Below, one piece after another: positions 59,097 through 64,000 of a stretch of DNA of 64,000 bases (positions are counted from its first letter, which is position 1; each line of letters begins with the position of its first letter). This DNA comes from Hormiphora californensis (taxonomy: Eukaryota; Animalia; Ctenophora): contig CM035359.1 of the NCBI GenBank assembly GCA_020137815.1, positions 2,976,001 to 3,040,000 of the forward strand, written 5' to 3'. Under the pieces are notes generated by a model. The model did no database searches, was not told where the DNA came from, and saw nothing but the letters and a program-made list of their open reading frames with translations. A program made the translations under genes and the position numbers.

Positions 59097-60312
59097 TTTA
59101 GTGGAAGCTCTTACGGTATTTCCCACGCCCCGTGGGAAAGTTTTTGACCGTGGGAAAATTTTCGAACCGTGGGAAAAGAGAGATACATACAATAACTACG
59201 GTGGCAGATTCCGGCCAAGAGTTTTTTCAATCAAGTGAAATGTTTTTGTTTGAAATTTTATAAAAATTTTATTTCAAAATGAAAATAAACATGTCGTTAA
59301 AATTATTGGCCGGAATCTGCCACGCGGGTGGCAGATTCCGGCCAAGATTCTCAAAAAACATTGGCCAGAATCTGCCACACACGTGGCAGATTCTGGCCAA
59401 CCAACTAAAACTTGTTTATATCAAAGCGAAAACCACTGTACCCGACTAATTTTGATACGCTGAATCACGTAAGATACTTTTCCAATCCCTCAGAGGTCGG
59501 GAAAGTGTCATAATTGACCATAATTGGGTCTAATTGACCCCACTTACAACTTTTCACCTTAAAACGATAGACGCTTATGTGAAGGCACTTTTCCGACTAA
59601 TTTTGATACGCTGAATCACGTAAGCCATTTTTCCAAGTCCTCAGAGATCGGCAAAGTGCCCTAATTGAACAATTAAGGCTAAGTAGACCCAATTATACCC
59701 AATTAAGGCACTTTCCCGACCTCGGAGGACTTGGAAAAGTTGCTTACGTGATTCAGCGTATCAAAATTAGTCGGAAAAGTGCCTTCACATAAGCGTCTAT
59801 CGTTTTAAGGTAAAAAGTTGTAAGTGGGGTCAATTAGACCCAGTTATGGTTAATTATGACACTTTCCCGACCTCTGAGGGATTGGAAAAGTATCTTACGT
59901 GATTCAGCGTATCAAAATTAGTCGGGTACAGTGGTTTTCGCTTTGATATAAACAAGTTTTAGTTGGTTGGCCAGAATCTGCCACGTGTGTGGCAGATTCT
60001 GGCCAATGTTTTTTGAGAATCTTGGCCGGAATCTGCCACCCGCGTGGCAGATTCCGGCCAATAATTTTAACGACATGTTTATTTTCATTTTGAAATAAAA
60101 TTTTTATAAAATTTCAAACAAAAACATTTCACTTGATTGAAAAAACTCTTGGCCGGAATCTGCCACCGTAAATAACTTTAAAAAAATGATTATTTTTTTT
60201 AAGTTTTTTTAAGTTATTGTATGTATCTCTCTTTTCCCACGATTTGAAAACTTTCCCACGGTCGAAAACTTTCCCACGGGGCGTGGGAAATACCGTAAGA
60301 GCTTCCACTAAT
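59097..60312. mobile_element. ~1.2-kb foldback palindrome with nested internal repeats
   Basis: Left arm from TTAGTGGAAGCTCTTACGG matches the right arm ending CCGTAAGAGCTTCCACTAA; centre ~59680-59700; the right arm has an extra ~40 bp at 60171-60212. Confidence 0.88.
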
Positions 60313-61311
60313 TGTGAAATTTGGACTTTTTTCAATTTAGCGCGCGCTGATCTTTCTCCGCTGCAGGAATTGTGCGCGCGTGTAAAAAAGTTCCAATTTC
60401 GCTTTTTCTTTGAATTCGCCTTTTTTACTTGGAATGCGCGCACCCCCGCAACGAGGGGACTGGAGGGAATGCCGCGCGCGCGTTTGGCCTGATCCCGGCT
60501 GGGTCGAAGATAACTTTGCGGTCGAAAAAACGGCGGTGCTTATAACTTTGGCTCCTGAAGTCCGTTTGACTTGATTCTTTCACCAGTTGTTAGATCTGAC
60601 GATTATCTACCTTGCTGTTTTTGAGAGAAGTTAATTGGACTTAAGGAGGCTGAGCAATAGCCGTTGAAAGATGGGTTGTTTTCAAAAAGTGACGTCACAG
60701 ATTCTTGCAGGGACACCTTTTTTAAAATTTCATTCAAATTTTGATTTTACCGCACTCGATTTTGCGGAGTTTGGTTCATATCTCCTGTTCCTGATAAGAT
60801 AGAGACCTGAAACCGGTTGCATTTGAAAGCTGTTATCTTCCTCTTTCCAACGCTACCAAAACGATTTCTGTACCTTATCTGGAACCGGAGATATGATTGA
60901 TTATGTATTCCCCCCTAGCGCGGTATTCCCTCCAGGCCCCTTATATTATATTATAAAGGGCCTGCAACGTATGCCAACTTTTTTACTTTTATCCCTTCTT
61001 TTTTCGGTTTCCCGTAAATTTTTGGCGTTTCCTACATGGAAAGGCATTATCCCCGATCACACACGGCCAATGTGCTACATTCCCCTCGTGAGCTTACCCT
61101 TACAATGAGGGGCATGTAGCGTATGCTATGTCTCGACCCCAACCAGGACCTCTGGCGGCTGGCCCCTGGCCCCTGCTCGCCCCGCTGGGGATGGGCCGAG
61201 CTTGTGTTTCATGCTCCCCCACCAGTAACCATTGCTGTACCAGCCCTACTATTGTATGTGCCCCACTGGATTTGTTCTTCAATTTTAAGTAAAAACATTT
61301 TTTCTCTAGCC

Positions 61312-63285
61312 ATGGAGAAAGAGGAAATACAATACAACGGAAAAGTTTTCTTCTCGGATGCTGACCTTCCTGTTAGATCTAAATTGGCTGTCAATGTTCT
61401 CACCAACCTTATCCGGGCCATGGACGACCGTATTGCACCTGATGAGCAGTACAACAAAAACCGGAACGAGGCAACGGATGACTTAACGGAGGCATGTGAA
61501 CACGCTTTCCCTAGTCAAACCCCCAAAGTGTTCGTGTATGGGTCGTGTATTAATGGATTTGGTAGCAAGAACTCCGACGTGGACTGTTTCATCATGACCC
61601 GGTGCAATTTGAACAACAAGGGGAGTTACTTCAACCCGATGCTCCGGGAAATTAGGAGCAACAGGAAATTCTCCCTTCTTCACAGTGTTAGACGTGCACA
61701 GGTGCCAATCATTACAATCAAGCATAATAATGGTATCGAAATGGACGTGAGTTTCGCGAGTGATTCAGACCCGAAGGAGGACGTCCTAGAGAACTCAGCC
61801 CTGTTAAACTCCTACGCTCAGAGTTCTGAAAAAATCACCGCTGTCGGACGGTTCCTCAAGTTTGTCCTGTCCTGTGAGCCTGTTTATGGTACTGCCAAAA
61901 TGAGTGGACTTAGTTCCTACAGTCACGTCATCATGTTCCTGTACTTCCTACTGCACAGCAAGTACAAGGCGAAACACGTGAAGGTCCAGCGACCCATCAG
62001 CGAGGTCTACGAAAATGATATTACACAATCCGAGGGCGAGATTTTCCTTGACTTCCTCAAATTCTACGCGTGCGAGTTTGACAGCGCTAAGAACGCCGTT
62101 GATATCCGTCCTGAGCACGTGACGAAAGTCTCCACCGGTAACGGGGCAATATGGACAATCGAGGATCCGATTGTTGAGAAGAATCTGGGGAGGACAATGC
62201 CGCCTGGGAGAACGTATGAGATGAAACTGTTTTATTACAACCTTCTTGTAATGCTGAGTGATCACCGAATGAATGAGGAGTGTCTATTGAAGGAGATAGA
62301 ACAGGGAATTCAGATTTCAAAGAGACCAGACATCAACCCTCTCGCGAGTGAGTTTTGTTTCTTTTGCTTTATGTAACAGGTGTTAAGTGCTGTATACTAT
62401 ACAGTACCAGCTGTTACATGTATGCAGCTATTAGTAACCCGACTCCAACATGTACATATATTTCATAACAACACTGCATTATAGTTGCCATGGTAACCAA
62501 CCCACCTCCCTTCTTCAGAACCAGATAAGGTGAACAAACAGCAGCAAAATAAGAAACAGAATAGACGAGATAGAAAGAAGAAACCCAACCAACAGGAGGG
62601 ACAGGAGGACGGCGATGCTGGACCATCATCATCTTCACCATCCAAGAACACCAAACAACCTGACCCGAAATCTATCACAAAAACGATCGAGAACAAGCCC
62701 ACCGCAGGAGGTTCGGCCAAGAAGCAGAGAAACAAAAAGCAGGGAACTAGTTCGTCCGAGGGTGACATTGTCGTCATCAACGATGAGTCTCTCGACCAAA
62801 TGATGGGAGAGTTGAAAATTGAGGACAATTTGACACACACAAAACAAGGTATTATGGTGACGAATACTCTTGGAATTATTTCATTTCCGGCTCTCGGTAT
62901 TTCACGTTCACCGGAAATTCCCCCGATGAGACCTTTAGTAAACCGAGTAGTTTTACCTGTTTTGGAAAGAACATTGGTGGGAAATTTAAGAATCTGTAAT
63001 AGATGGTCAACAGCAGTTGTTAGTTTGATGGCCGGCTGCCTCTTGTTCTCCTCGCGTCGGAGAAAAAGAGTTTTGTAGCAGATAAATTTACAAGAAAACG
63101 GTTCAAAAACACAATTTTTACAAAGATTTTAGATTTTTTTACGGTTATTATAATCGTCGTTTCCCTTGGTCTTATCTCGCGGGGAGTAACAGTGCTCACC
63201 CTTATCTTCTTTTTCAGAGAGAAAGTCCGTGAAGGCGATCATGGAGGAGAATTTCACGAAACTTTCGGTGAACTCAGATTGGAAG
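61312..63285 (+). CDS. Terminal nucleotidyltransferase (TENT; Cid1/GLD-2/TUT-family non-canonical poly(A/U) polymerase); 3' end unresolved
   Basis: Exon 61312-62347 has the Pol-beta motif VYGSCINGFGSKNSDVD, AQVPII, a third Asp in EMDVSF, N..LL..Y, GLSSYS..IM.LYFL and PAP-associated IEDP...NLGR. Phase-consistent downstream exons 62519-62848 (K/Q/S-rich) and 63218-63285. The ATG follows an acceptor-like TTTTTCTCTAG. Confidence 0.9.
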
Positions 63286-63869
63286 GTATGTGATCTGCTG
63301 ATTGTGATTTCTGATAATTCATTACCAACTGAAGAATTATCGTAAGAAATGTCGCGTGTAATAGTTCTACCCGAAAATATAACAAGAATTATTGCATTAT
63401 GTATTCATAATGCTGTGTTTCCCTGCCCTACCGTTTCACGTGTCAGTGACATTGTCACTGCCAACAGGATCAAGGCTTGGTCATAATGTAATGTGAGATG
63501 CATACGATCTAGCTGTCAGTATACCAATTAAAGAGAAACAACGATTTTGCAGTACTAATATTCAATTAAGAACAGGAGCTTTCGACTGATCTATGTCAGA
63601 CGTCTTCAGCTATAACAACAATGAAAATGAAAGTGTTTATGTAGTGGAGAAGAGGATATGAGATCCGGGGAGGGGAGGAGAGAGGAAGGGATGAGATCCG
63701 AGAAGGAAGATGCGATCCGAGAGGAGGGGATGGGGGAGGTGATCCACGGGAAGGGAGAAGAGGTGATCCGAGCTGAAGAGAATTAGGAAACAGGTTTGGG
63801 AGATCTAGGTTTGATGGAGATGCCAGCAGGTCGGGGTTTGAAGGAGTTACCAATCCTGGGGAGAAGGTG

Positions 63870-64000
63870 AGTCCATTGGAGGTTGACAGTAGGAACTTTA
63901 TCTGTTCGGTTAATCGCCGGTTAAAGAGTGTGAATAGCCGCTTGTTCCAGTAGATTTAGACTGAGGCAGGAGGAAGAAGAGGAGAGGATAGATGTAGAAT
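63870..64000 (-). mobile_element. Penelope-like element remnant (GIY-YIG endonuclease C-terminus)
   Basis: A minus frame reads TSILSSSSSCLSLNLLEQAAIHTL*PAINR, matching the IL...L..LE...I..LKP..N pattern, with TAA at the expected Lys; truncated by the window end. Confidence 0.5.

Noticed and set aside
61123-61311. N-terminal 63 aa of the 417-aa TENT ORF
   Set aside because: It crosses a donor-like GTATGT (~61254) and a strong acceptor (61309), so it is probably intron or UTR read-through; the ORF end past 62347 is likewise intronic.

Overview
Repeat-rich eukaryotic (animal) genomic DNA with GT-AG introns, long (GA/CT)n microsatellites, G-rich minisatellites and many non-autonomous DNA transposons. 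The repeat families resemble those I recall from the ctenophore Pleurobrachia; this is a recollection and needs a BLAST check. Manual splice-phase reconstruction supports four genes: (1) an 11-exon class A GPCR with opsin-like motifs but no retinal lysine (-, 4840-10428); (2) a secreted F5/8-type-C / F-type-lectin-fold protein (+, 17105-17834); (3) a 30-exon, ~1260-aa receptor tyrosine kinase with Ig-like domains and a RET/Tie-like kinase (-, 41817-57990); (4) a Cid1/GLD-2-family terminal nucleotidyltransferase whose catalytic core is one ~1-kb exon (+, from 61312). A disrupted secreted-protein gene lies antisense inside an RTK intron. Mobile elements include hAT-type MITEs (8-bp TSD), Mutator-type MITEs (9-bp TSD), Tc1/mariner-type MITEs (TA), two 0.9-1.2-kb foldback palindromes, Helitron-like 3' ends and a Penelope-like GIY-YIG remnant. 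34090-36482 looks like low-quality assembly. Most ORF-track entries are spurious repeat translations. I found no clear multi-gene novel system; the strongest leads are listed as findings.
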